A stretch of DNA of 32,000 bases from Geotalea uraniireducens Rf4 (GCF_000016745.1 NC_009483.1:4620001-4652000); one strand, 5' to 3'. Numbered from the stretch's first letter, positions 19,601 to 26,272 are shown. The notes: a model not told the origin generated them from the sequence alone. Made by a program: numbers and translations.

Positions 19601-21221
19601 TGACGGTGACGGTGGCGCCGCTTGCCGGGCGGGCGGGGTCGAGCCGGATGCCATTCATCGGGATGGCCAGGTCGATGAAGCCTGCGCCGCTGGTGGTATT
19701 GACGGTGATGTCCTTCCGGGCGGTGTTATTTGCCGTGGAAAGCTCGGTGATGGCATGCTGCGGGTCGGCAACCAGGGTGAGGGTGTGGACGCCGGCGGTG
19801 GCCGGGGTGAAGGTGAAGCTCCCCTCTCCCCAAGCGCCTGCTGCGATGCCGGCCATGGTGACGGTGCCGAGCTGGATGCCGCCCGCGTTCGGGTCGCCGT
19901 CGTAGAGGATGGCGCTAAAGCTCCCGGCTGCGCTCTCACCCATGTTGGCGACCGCGAAGGCAAGGGTGACGCTCTCCCCCGGTTTGAGATAGGCGGGGGT
20001 CACGGTGAGAAAGTCGGGGGTGACGACCAGGTCGGCCGGAGCCTTGGCCCAGAGGCGAACGTTGGCGCTGTTGTTTGTCTTGCTCACTTCGTTGATGGTA
20101 TTGGCCGGATCGATGGCGACGGTCAGGACATGCTCGCCGACCGCAGCGAGGGGGGCAATGGCGAAGGTGGCCGGGACGGTTGCGCCTGGATTGATGGTCG
20201 GAATGGTCTGCTCGCCGATAGAAGCGCCGTTGTCGAGGAGCCGGACAACAACGCCGGTTGCCGCTTCCAGACCGATGTTTGCGACGATGGCAGTAACGGT
20301 GAGGCTGTCGCCGACGGTGGGGCTGTTTGGAGATACGGCGATATTGGCAGTCGCAATGGCCAGGTCGGGTTTGACGTAGGAGAGCGCCCGCAGTGCCAGG
20401 GCTGTGGAATACGGGTCGTCGTTCCAGGAGCCGTTGGCAGATTGGGTGGCGGTGAGGTAGTTGCCGGCATTCTGTAGGGGCTGGGCTTGCCCCTGCCCGC
20501 TTTCGATGAGGGCGATGAAGGCCAGGGCGGTTTCGTAGACGATGGATGAACCCACACCGAAGCCGCCGTCGGGGTTCTGACTGGAAAGGAGGAATGAGGC
20601 GGCGCTCGCGAGTTGCGGCTCGACGATATAGACGGTTCTAAACCGGGCCAGGGTGGAAAGCACCTGCGCCGTTACGTAAATGTTGCTGTCGTCTCCCTGA
20701 TAGAACCCCCAGCCGCCGTCGGGGTTTTGGGTGGAGAGGAGGTAGCTGAGGGCGGGATAGATGACGCTCTGGTCGGTGTAGTTGGCGGCTTTCAGGGCTT
20801 GGAGGGCAAGGGCGGTATGAAAGTTACTGTTAGCTTGGTTCAGATACCCTCCCCAGCCAGTTCCAGAGTTTCTATAAGAAAGAAGAGTATTGACGTCGGT
20901 AGTGGCGTCTCCCCCTGAAGCCGTGACTATCTTGACCTTAGGAGCCAAATATGTTGTGCTTTCAGCTTTCTCATTACTCAGCCAGTTAAGGCCATTTGTA
21001 TATGAGAATGACGCATCGCTCAAAACCGCAAATGACTCCAAAACTGCGGCCGTAGTATAATAATCGGTCGATGAAGACGGTGAATTACTCCAACTCCCAT
21101 CTGTCGCCTGAATTGCCTTAAGCCAATTCAACCCGTTCAATATTGCCGCACTTTGTGCGTGAGATGTTACGGGCCAAAGCGACAGTATCAAGAGGAGACC
21201 ACCGAATATTTTCCTTATCAT
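13635..21221 (-). CDS. giant secreted multidomain surface protein (2,528 aa): signal peptide, alpha/alpha-toroid (prenyltransferase/terpene-cyclase-like) repeats, 5 CARDB, FG-GAP/VCBS beta-propeller, 3 CARDB, Ig-like arrays, Asp/His/Arg-rich tail
   Basis: The signal peptide is MIRKIFGGLLLILSLWPVTSHA. Four QxxDGSW/NPDGGWG repeats lie at ~20375-21145. Eight units have the CARDB logic (PDL...V.N.G...DP.N.I.E..E.NN). Seven to eight DxDGDGxxE blades lie at ~17250-18620 (VGDIDGDGKPEIVI, LADLDGDGHSEIIYG, IADFDGDGKPEIGI and others). Repeated D.T.P...I...AGN Ig-like units lie at ~14050-15120. A WPPNHKLVPV domain precedes the tail ESDDEDRERHERKDGHHHHSDDDRDGRHDRDDDD. Confidence 0.9.
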   Translation of the reverse strand: MIRKIFGGLLLILSLWPVTSHAQSAAILNGLNWLKAIQATDGSWSNSPSSSTDYYTTAAVLESFAVLSDASFSYTNGLNWLSNEKAESTTYLAPKVKIVTASGGDATTDVNTLLSYRNSGTGWGGYLNQANSNFHTALALQALKAANYTDQSVIYPALSYLLSTQNPDGGWGFYQGDDSNIYVTAQVLSTLARFRTVYIVEPQLASAASFLLSSQNPDGGFGVGSSIVYETALAFIALIESGQGQAQPLQNAGNYLTATQSANGSWNDDPYSTALALRALSYVKPDLAIATANIAVSPNSPTVGDSLTVTAIVANIGLEAATGVVVRLLDNGASIGEQTIPTINPGATVPATFAIAPLAAVGEHVLTVAIDPANTINEVSKTNNSANVRLWAKAPADLVVTPDFLTVTPAYLKPGESVTLAFAVANMGESAAGSFSAILYDGDPNAGGIQLGTVTMAGIAAGAWGEGSFTFTPATAGVHTLTLVADPQHAITELSTANNTARKDITVNTTSGAGFIDLAIPMNGIRLDPARPASGATVTVTIAAVNNGTEAATADLELFDSDPAAGGTLLQKATVTLNAGETRSVAVPWQVPPGIRTLRAYIDRLNAGAERDETNNSQILPVMADMVDIEVSASDIAIAPEHPMDGDPVTVKVTVQNRGIKATGPFNVNLYNGDPNSGGTLLQTLAIADLPGDGTVDLTYPFTAARGTYRFYAVCDPDNKVAELYEDNNTAIRSLLVKSSAEAKGPDLVPLEFDLSATTTDPQSLRISGMAKVKFQNKGDDKVATPFRITVFEDKDNDGVYTEGTDQALGSWDYATPMNPNMVGVVSINLSGTVTFRDAPIYALVDSGQAVFEQNEINNTIRRGAACAARPANPIEPVVKWQWPRTPDPTLGRILSTPVVISLTDDNGDDKIDNYDKPAILVNAFAGNYQTLEGKLWAFKGDTGDVSFTRFVTGQAPYEGGYPIVGDIDGDGKPEIVIKRRFGVGLLALAHDGTLKWDNSAQVTAWRLANPGYSTTMEEGNIPVLADLDGDGHSEIIYGPTIFNWDGSVRCAPDYRLRGGAGMSNGFGYSVSVADLDMDGKQEIIAGYTAYNNDCTIKWINSSLTDGFTAVGNFDNDPYPEVVLLTNLNPPPFAGGVGGRVYLLDHTGQVKWGPVFLKNLEPTAKYDMTGGHTVIADFDGDGKPEIGIRGESKYLILDSEGRLKMTLAIPNSGWQMDVPAPSVFDLNGDGRPKVLIHSGPYFRVFEGKDGTLLFEENIGQVGDYSSVVIADVDGDGHAEAVVTGNYGYGPTSGSLRVYGAKNNDWVGTRRIWNQPSYHSTNINDDGSIPQYETPSWLTNNNYRCNVPTTPSTGSPYLAADLSASFVRVDMANYPSSVAITTRIGNGGAKAVDAGVKTAFHDGDPATGGTLIGTATTTRTLNPGDYEDVTITWNAPAEGNHTIQVTADADGVISECDKTNNIVTLPVFVTTGRPDLVISAEDIAIPASIPEGTLADIAVTVRNSGTLNANNILVRVYAGNPATGGKQIGADQVIPTIAIGGAATIHAAWNTLAAQGTTYLYAVVDPLSAIAEINKANNTAIREVLVTPADKPDLQVTAADITITPAAPNEGDQLTIAANIHNLGQAVGNIKLALYDGNPAAGGKRTGETVIPQLIPQGGSSQAVFTLSTIGLSGNHTFHIVADPDNTITESNETNNQGMREVFIQAAGLRLDAITDKQEYTANEEVRITLSANELNGTARNLGYDVTIIAETGTSVATVTADTPVSLAAKGNIALTAAWNTGTTFSGSYLAVVRLKDAGKDVAQASAPFTILPVKTATANISADKLTYTSSESAAITAAITSTSPNFPFADLTFRLTLEDSSGTTVFTETRTIASLTPGGRFEMKKWWNCTGSAKGTYQAKVEILDGTTLLASANTTFQIVSSATSGAGLSGTVAVQPTTIEAGTTGNLTFTVTNRGNEDISAYSLRILLTDPDTGELLKTIEAPQTEPLPINGTKTGNIPFSTSNLRVKTILAILLYDYQGNVKSLTGAPFEVKDTTPPVLVISTLKDGAFTAGETLNIAGTAKDEGGMQELRINDIPVPLNADGSFSHTVILKPGGNPITTTALDRSGNRTTDTRTINLDQNAPVITITTPPDNSATAGPAIQVAGTTDEPASIEVRIGEPVQYFNGTSFSTTVALVPGLNTIDIKATDQAGNPANDKRTVIFDDQKPSLAITDPGQDLRTNQGSITVKGTVTDALTQPTVTITMGMDTFTPQVTNGAFEQAVSFAEEKTYEIQVTAKDAAGNETSVQRNVIHDITKPVLTIDPVATPTDRKSQVISGTREEGCTVTVTSPTATVGTVAYPTATTWQAAVSALSDGANIISAATVDPAGNQSTTTTTIVVTTTAPVVTVTASPATLWPPNHKLVPVTVRGNILTTATDMESVLISISDEYGKYNYKNLPSGSTVYLEAWRNGDDMDGRVYTVTATATDKAGNTATAVTSVVVPHDMGKQGCSGESDDEDRERHERKDGHHHHSDDDRDGRHDRDDDD

Positions 21222-21293
21222 ATGCCCTCTCCGAATCTGAATTTTTTCATTGAATGGTAATCAACAACAAACGAAGCCATCCTATAAGTTGGA

Positions 21294-21839
21294 CTAATTT
21301 TTTCTACCAGTTTTCTGAATTAATTTTTCATGCGGATTGAGGAAAAACATCCTCTCGAAACCATATTTTTCTGATTTATATTCCCATACATAAGGAATTT
21401 GCGTAATTATGGCGTAATGCAGATGTGGAGCTTTTCCAACTGCATTGCCAGTAGCGCCGACTGTCCCTATTTCTGAGCCTTGTTGGACAAATTCACCACT
21501 ACCGACTTTTAGAGTTTTTAGGTGAGCATAGTAGTGAACCCGCCATTTTGGCCCAAGGACAGAGATGACGTTGCCCCCATCTTTATTGGATTCAGCAGAT
21601 ACAACAAGGCCAGAACAAGCGGCAATAACAGGAGTTCCTTCTTTAGCAAAAATATCGATCCCTTTGTGAACGCCAGATTTGCCCCACGGGCTGAACCAGA
21701 AGGATTTTGAGTTCCAATCTGCTCTGGTTGCGCCCTTGACTGGAATTATTAATTCTTCAGGCAAGAATAGGCCACCGCACAAAACGATGCTCGCCAGAAT
21801 GGCGGCAACAAATACAAATTTTTTCAAAGGAAATTTCAT
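21294..21839 (-). CDS. M23 family metallopeptidase (LytM-type), N-terminally anchored
   Basis: 181 aa with a hydrophobic N-terminus (FVFVAAILASIVLCGGLF), HxxxD (HKGID) and HxH (PHLHY) zinc motifs, plus the typical GTVGATGNAVGKAPHLH block. Confidence 0.85.
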   Translation of the reverse strand: MKFPLKKFVFVAAILASIVLCGGLFLPEELIIPVKGATRADWNSKSFWFSPWGKSGVHKGIDIFAKEGTPVIAACSGLVVSAESNKDGGNVISVLGPKWRVHYYAHLKTLKVGSGEFVQQGSEIGTVGATGNAVGKAPHLHYAIITQIPYVWEYKSEKYGFERMFFLNPHEKLIQKTGRKN

Positions 21840-21873
21840 ATTGAATTTGGCTCGCTAACGGCTGTTGAAATTA

Positions 21874-22983
21874 TTATTTCTTCAGAAACAACTCAGGGTT
21901 ACTTAACCACAGAGCAAAGTAAGGATAATCCCCATTCTTTTGTTTGAGACAAATCAGGAATGGTTTGTCGAAAACAAATTTCCTTGGCTTTTCCACACTT
22001 GGTGGTGGGACCTCTTCTTTCATCATGTTGAGGAATCCCCTAGATTTAAGTACGGCCCCCTTCTCATCCAATTTGAATTTGATATCATGGGTCGCCTTTG
22101 CTATGAACCACCCTTCCCAACCTTTGTTTAATATCCGTTTGTTCTCCAGTTCAGTAAAGCTGTGGGTGATATCAAAATCAACCTTTGGAATTCTTAGGGG
22201 TTCATTCTCTCGCAGTTCAGACGCGTTAACTCCCATTCTATGCAGCACGGTTGTATATGTTTGTAAAAGGGTTTTATTAGGCGGAACTTTAGCCATAATT
22301 ATCTGGTCATCATTGGATTTACTGGTTAATACAAGAATAAAGTCGTTTTCGTTTCTGTAATCGAAAATAGAAACTTGGTTGGATAGTTTTTCGTGACGCC
22401 GATTAGATGAGGAAAATGATGGTATTCCAAACCCTTTTACATGTGCTTCGCGTCCATTGGCAATAAATGCAATTGGATCATCCAGCCTTTCGAATTCAGT
22501 CGGAAACTCCAAATTTTTGTACAGGAAAGCATATGCGATAAGCTGCCTGGCGCTACTCGTAGCTTGTGGGATATTGAACTCGTGTGCAACCTGCTCACCG
22601 AACTTTTCATGCAATTCTTTTTCAATTCTTGCGGCAAGGTTTTTCGACAACTCACCAGCTACTGCTACATATGACCCAGAAGATATGTCATTATTTCTCT
22701 GCAATTGCCGGTTCAGATTCTTGGCAAGGGGTGTATCAGGCTCAAGAATGATATCGCCCTTAATGATTTGATCACGCATAATATTCCAGGCCATCTGGAA
22801 TGATGCGCAGTAGAGCAAATTGTTACTTAAATTGATCTGATCCTCTAAATGTGAAGAAATGATTGTATGCTCAGTTTTTGTTATTGCGGATTGTGACTCA
22901 TTACCGTTGGTACACGCCGATACGTTAAACATTGAGCATAAACTGATTAAGATTGAGATTATTGATCCTAATTTTCTTTTCAT
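21874..22983 (-). CDS. serpin-family protein, predicted lipoprotein, atypical hinge
   Basis: The C-terminal serpin signature is KFVFDKPFLICLKQKNGDYPYFALWLSNP (compare F.ADxPFLF.I....ILF.G....P), with the breach/hinge LDEKGAVLKS. The start is moved to ATG 22983 (MKRKLGSIISILISLCSMFNVSAC) behind a GGAGG SD, and the lipobox is V-S-A-C. Confidence 0.75.
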   Translation of the reverse strand: MKRKLGSIISILISLCSMFNVSACTNGNESQSAITKTEHTIISSHLEDQINLSNNLLYCASFQMAWNIMRDQIIKGDIILEPDTPLAKNLNRQLQRNNDISSGSYVAVAGELSKNLAARIEKELHEKFGEQVAHEFNIPQATSSARQLIAYAFLYKNLEFPTEFERLDDPIAFIANGREAHVKGFGIPSFSSSNRRHEKLSNQVSIFDYRNENDFILVLTSKSNDDQIIMAKVPPNKTLLQTYTTVLHRMGVNASELRENEPLRIPKVDFDITHSFTELENKRILNKGWEGWFIAKATHDIKFKLDEKGAVLKSRGFLNMMKEEVPPPSVEKPRKFVFDKPFLICLKQKNGDYPYFALWLSNPELFLKK

Positions 22984-23013
22984 CTTGCCTCCGATTATAA
23001 TTATCCAATCCAA

Positions 23014-26000
23014 TCAAAGTGAATCCAAAGTTAATGATCCACCTTTTATAACCACATATGGTTCATTAGCGTCTGAACTTGGAGTTACGTATTTACCATC
23101 AGCAATACCTGCAGCTGATATCGCAGCGGATTTACCTGAAATAAAGCTACGCCACCAATCAAAAGCAAAATCTCCCGATTCAAAATATTCTACAGAGTGA
23201 GTCCACCCCATGAATACTAGATTATCGACACCAAATGAATTCATAAAACTACCCCGATCTCCAGAACGGCAGCTGTCAAGGAAAACAACACGTGCATTAG
23301 CTTTTGTAATATCGCCAGAATAAACATACTCCGGTTTACCGTCTTTATCATAACCTGGTATTAACATATCCCCATAGTCTGGGCTCGTATTTCCATGTCC
23401 GCTATAATATACAATCCAATTATCTGGCCTGTTGATAAGACTTAACAATTCTTCTTTAGAAAAAGTATACTCATGCCTTGGTATAAATCCTTTAGAAAGT
23501 AACATACCACCGATGGCAAAAATCATAATCTCATCATATCCAGCTCCAATCCATCTCCCTATCCCCCTATTTAAGGCGAACTGGTTTGCTGGTTTTCCTA
23601 GTGCAAGAGCTGCATATTGACGCGAAAGGAGCCTCCCCAACAGTGATATTGATGAAGGTGAACTGGTACTTCCTCCTCCTGCCAGCCCATTCGAAATCAT
23701 GTAAGCGCCTTCGCCAGTATCCGGGTTCCTCACTATGAATCCTGTACCGCTCCACTCATTGCGAGTGATCTTGCTTCCAGGAATTGTCACCTCTTTACCT
23801 GCAGCAACAGCATTTTGAATGTCATCTTTTACCTGTTGCGTCTGGTTCAGCAGCGGCAGGGTTTGACTTACATTTGCGCTATTGATCGTGTAAATCGTCT
23901 GCCCCGCCTCGTTTGCCAGCTGAAGTAGTTTTACCGTAGATACTGAATCAATCCCGGAAAAGCTTTCCCAAATAGCATGCTCAAAGTACGATGAATTGAG
24001 GCCTTGGATTTTGGTGAACGCCTTTTCTTGCTCCTTGTCGCCGATGATGGAAAATGGAGATTGAATGTATCTCGGGATGTCGATAACCAGCCCCGAAATG
24101 ATGGGGGGCGATACCATGAGCCCGAAAAACTCCCGGTACTTCGCCGATACTGAGACGAACCCGGCATTTACCGCTCTCGTGTTATAAATGTGCATCACAC
24201 CTTCGAGCACCTTTGAGGCATTATTCGTGTGGGTGAAGTATTGCAGGCCGATGTTGTGCAGTACCTTGCCGACCTGATTGTCCCCGCTGTTGATTGAATC
24301 GTAGAAGGTGCCGACGAGGTTTTCCGAGTTGTCTAGTCCCCCCAGTGCCTGTTTGCTTGCGACATTCAGGGCGGAAAGCCCGATGTTGTAATAGAGGCCA
24401 GCTGCCATTTCGGTTTCGATGGAGTCGCCGAAACTGCCGGGCGTGGAAAACTGTAGGTTAAGCTTCAACGATTCTCCCATGCCTATCGGCGGCCCTTCCA
24501 GGACAACCGTATCGTCAACTTTCACCCGCGCCTTGACTTTTATCAGATAGGCCGGTGTCTTCAGCAATCCTCCATAGTTGGTCATTACCGCGCTGTCTTG
24601 ATCTGTGGCGGGAGTGTAGGATACGGTGATTTGCTTTCCGGTCAGCTCACAGACGTCTTTCGTTATGGCTGTTGCATCATCTGTTGTGGGATCGCGCAGT
24701 CCTATTGAAATCTTGTGTCGCAGTAATGTATCGATACTTGCGAACTTGCTGCCGACAACGACCGTTTTGTACGGCAGCGTCCCAAGAAAGACGCCGAATT
24801 CGTGCTCTTTGATCTTTTTCAGGTAAAACATCTCATACATGCCACCCTGGTAGTTGGCAGTATGGTAGTCTTCCAAGGCGAACAGGTAGGTAAGTGAAGG
24901 GGGCAATTTGCTCTGAGCCCGCAGATAGTCGGACTCATTGAACTTAACAATCTTTGACATATCCACGGAGGTATTGAGTTCATGCTCCTTGAAGCTCGGG
25001 TCAATGGGTGTCCAGGCGTTACCAGGGCCATTCTTGGCGCCAAAGGATGGGTACATGTTGACATACGCCTCCACCCAGACATGCTCCAGACGGATCGTTG
25101 AAATTTTTCCACCGCTCACGCCTGCTTTTGCAGGTATCCCCCCTGTTGCCAGTATATTTGCCGCCGTAGTTGGGTCCTTGACTCCAATCCATGACATTAC
25201 CCTCTCGATTGGTATTTCAATGGTTCCTGTAACATATTTGGCTGGGATATTTGCCGCTCTTAACAGAGCAATCAACAAGCTGGCCTGGTCGTAGTTATTC
25301 CCGGATTTTTCCATCAGCGTCTGCTGCGCCCCTTTTAGGGAACCATAATACGGTTCATATTCAGCGTTGTTCCGCACCCACTCGTAAATCTTAACCGGGT
25401 TGTTCCCCAACTCCAGAGCCTTGGCCCTGATCTCAGGAGTCAACTGGACGTCAACAGTCTCCGCCAGATCAGCGGCAGTGGGTGGGGTAACGGCATTGAC
25501 CATGCTGGAGGTAAGCAACCCGGCCAAAGACCCCGCCGAGGCGACCATGATCCGCTTTTCATTTCTCCATGCGTTCTTGTCCTTCTTTAAATCCCGCTCA
25601 AACTCCTCCTTCTTCAGCCGCGGCTCCCGCTTTATCACCTTCGGCTGCCGGTGGGGAAGGTTGTTCGGATCAAGGGGCTGATGTCGTGTCGGAGCCTTCA
25701 CCTTTTCCAGGTGTTTCCGGGTCTTCTCGATCTCAGCCTCTGCTTCTTTCTTATCTTTGGCCTTCTCAACCCGCTCGATATTCCCCTTCAACTCAGCCAG
25801 ATTGTCGTCATAGTGCTTGACGAACCGGCGATGGCGCTCCAGAATCTCGGCCGGTAACTTGGCATCCTTAAGCCGCTTCTCCGTCTCGGCGAACTGCTTG
25901 CGGATATCCGTGTCGAGTGCGTCCACCTCCGCCTTTTTGAGCCGCAGGCGACCTTTCTTTGCTTCAATGTCCTCCTTCGGGTCGGCAAGTATCGCCTCCA

Positions 26001-26181
26001 TCTCCCCGGTAACTTTAGAAAATTTCTCCTCCGCCCCTTCCGGCTTTTTCTCCTGACGTTGCGTCTTTGCCTTCCTGGCCTCAACCTGCGCCGCATTGGC
26101 GATGCTGAACACCCCACCCGAAGTCCAGGTGAAAAAGCACAATATAACAGCTGCTATCGTCCTCGAATATTTGCGGAACAT
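23014..26181 (-). CDS. secreted 1,055-aa fusion protein: K/E-rich coiled coil, transglutaminase-like core lacking the Cys nucleophile, large middle region, C-terminal clan-CD (caspase/gingipain-like) His-Cys domain
   Basis: The signal peptide is MFRKYSRTIAAVILCFFTWTSGGVFSIANA. The TGase-core pattern is GNNYDQASLLIALLRAANIPAKYVTG ... LEHVWVEAYV ... WTPIDPS. The C-terminus has WIVYYSGHG ... VVFLDSCRSG. A GGGAGGA SD lies upstream. Confidence 0.75.
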   Translation of the reverse strand: MFRKYSRTIAAVILCFFTWTSGGVFSIANAAQVEARKAKTQRQEKKPEGAEEKFSKVTGEMEAILADPKEDIEAKKGRLRLKKAEVDALDTDIRKQFAETEKRLKDAKLPAEILERHRRFVKHYDDNLAELKGNIERVEKAKDKKEAEAEIEKTRKHLEKVKAPTRHQPLDPNNLPHRQPKVIKREPRLKKEEFERDLKKDKNAWRNEKRIMVASAGSLAGLLTSSMVNAVTPPTAADLAETVDVQLTPEIRAKALELGNNPVKIYEWVRNNAEYEPYYGSLKGAQQTLMEKSGNNYDQASLLIALLRAANIPAKYVTGTIEIPIERVMSWIGVKDPTTAANILATGGIPAKAGVSGGKISTIRLEHVWVEAYVNMYPSFGAKNGPGNAWTPIDPSFKEHELNTSVDMSKIVKFNESDYLRAQSKLPPSLTYLFALEDYHTANYQGGMYEMFYLKKIKEHEFGVFLGTLPYKTVVVGSKFASIDTLLRHKISIGLRDPTTDDATAITKDVCELTGKQITVSYTPATDQDSAVMTNYGGLLKTPAYLIKVKARVKVDDTVVLEGPPIGMGESLKLNLQFSTPGSFGDSIETEMAAGLYYNIGLSALNVASKQALGGLDNSENLVGTFYDSINSGDNQVGKVLHNIGLQYFTHTNNASKVLEGVMHIYNTRAVNAGFVSVSAKYREFFGLMVSPPIISGLVIDIPRYIQSPFSIIGDKEQEKAFTKIQGLNSSYFEHAIWESFSGIDSVSTVKLLQLANEAGQTIYTINSANVSQTLPLLNQTQQVKDDIQNAVAAGKEVTIPGSKITRNEWSGTGFIVRNPDTGEGAYMISNGLAGGGSTSSPSSISLLGRLLSRQYAALALGKPANQFALNRGIGRWIGAGYDEIMIFAIGGMLLSKGFIPRHEYTFSKEELLSLINRPDNWIVYYSGHGNTSPDYGDMLIPGYDKDGKPEYVYSGDITKANARVVFLDSCRSGDRGSFMNSFGVDNLVFMGWTHSVEYFESGDFAFDWWRSFISGKSAAISAAGIADGKYVTPSSDANEPYVVIKGGSLTLDSL

Positions 26182-26228
26182 CTATCCTCCCGAAGCAATC
26201 TAATAAAATAAAATGAAAAAACGACGCG

Positions 26229-26272
26229 AAAGTGTAAAAAATTTTTACAAGTGTAAAAATTTTTTACACTTT
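26229..26272. promoter_or_regulatory. 44-bp perfect palindrome (21-nt arms, 2-nt centre) / two tandem 19-bp quasi-palindromic units in the operon leader
   Basis: AAAGTGTAAAAAATTTTTACA-AG-TGTAAAAATTTTTTACACTTT. The arms are exact reverse complements. It also reads as AGTGTAAAAAATTTTTACA + AGTGTAAAAATTTTTTACA (TGT-N11-ACA twice). It lies 48-91 bp upstream of the 23014..26181 gene start. Confidence 0.6.

Noticed and set aside
13527-20918. Many ORFs on both strands inside the giant gene (e.g. + 14178..15458 at 426 aa, + 19755..20477, - 17036..17365, - 20123..20557)
   Set aside because: They are alternative or antisense frames of a 7.6-kb ORF with coherent repeated CARDB, FG-GAP and Ig-like domain logic. 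Their products are Gly/Arg/Pro/Cys-rich nonsense, as expected from 65-70% GC coding DNA.
20375-21145. Alpha2-macroglobulin/complement-type thioester domain in the head of the giant protein
   Set aside because: The alpha/alpha-toroid repeat pattern is compatible with that fold, but this segment contains no cysteine at all. A CxEQ thioester is therefore impossible, and the call is kept as a generic prenyltransferase/terpene-cyclase-like toroid.
26229-26272. Possible CRISPR array or other spacer-repeat structure at the tandem 19-bp units, and in the heptamer repeats of elements A and B
   Set aside because: There are only two abutting units with no spacers. They are A/T palindromes rather than CRISPR-like repeats, the heptamers are tandem and inverted within foldback elements, and no cas genes are in the window.
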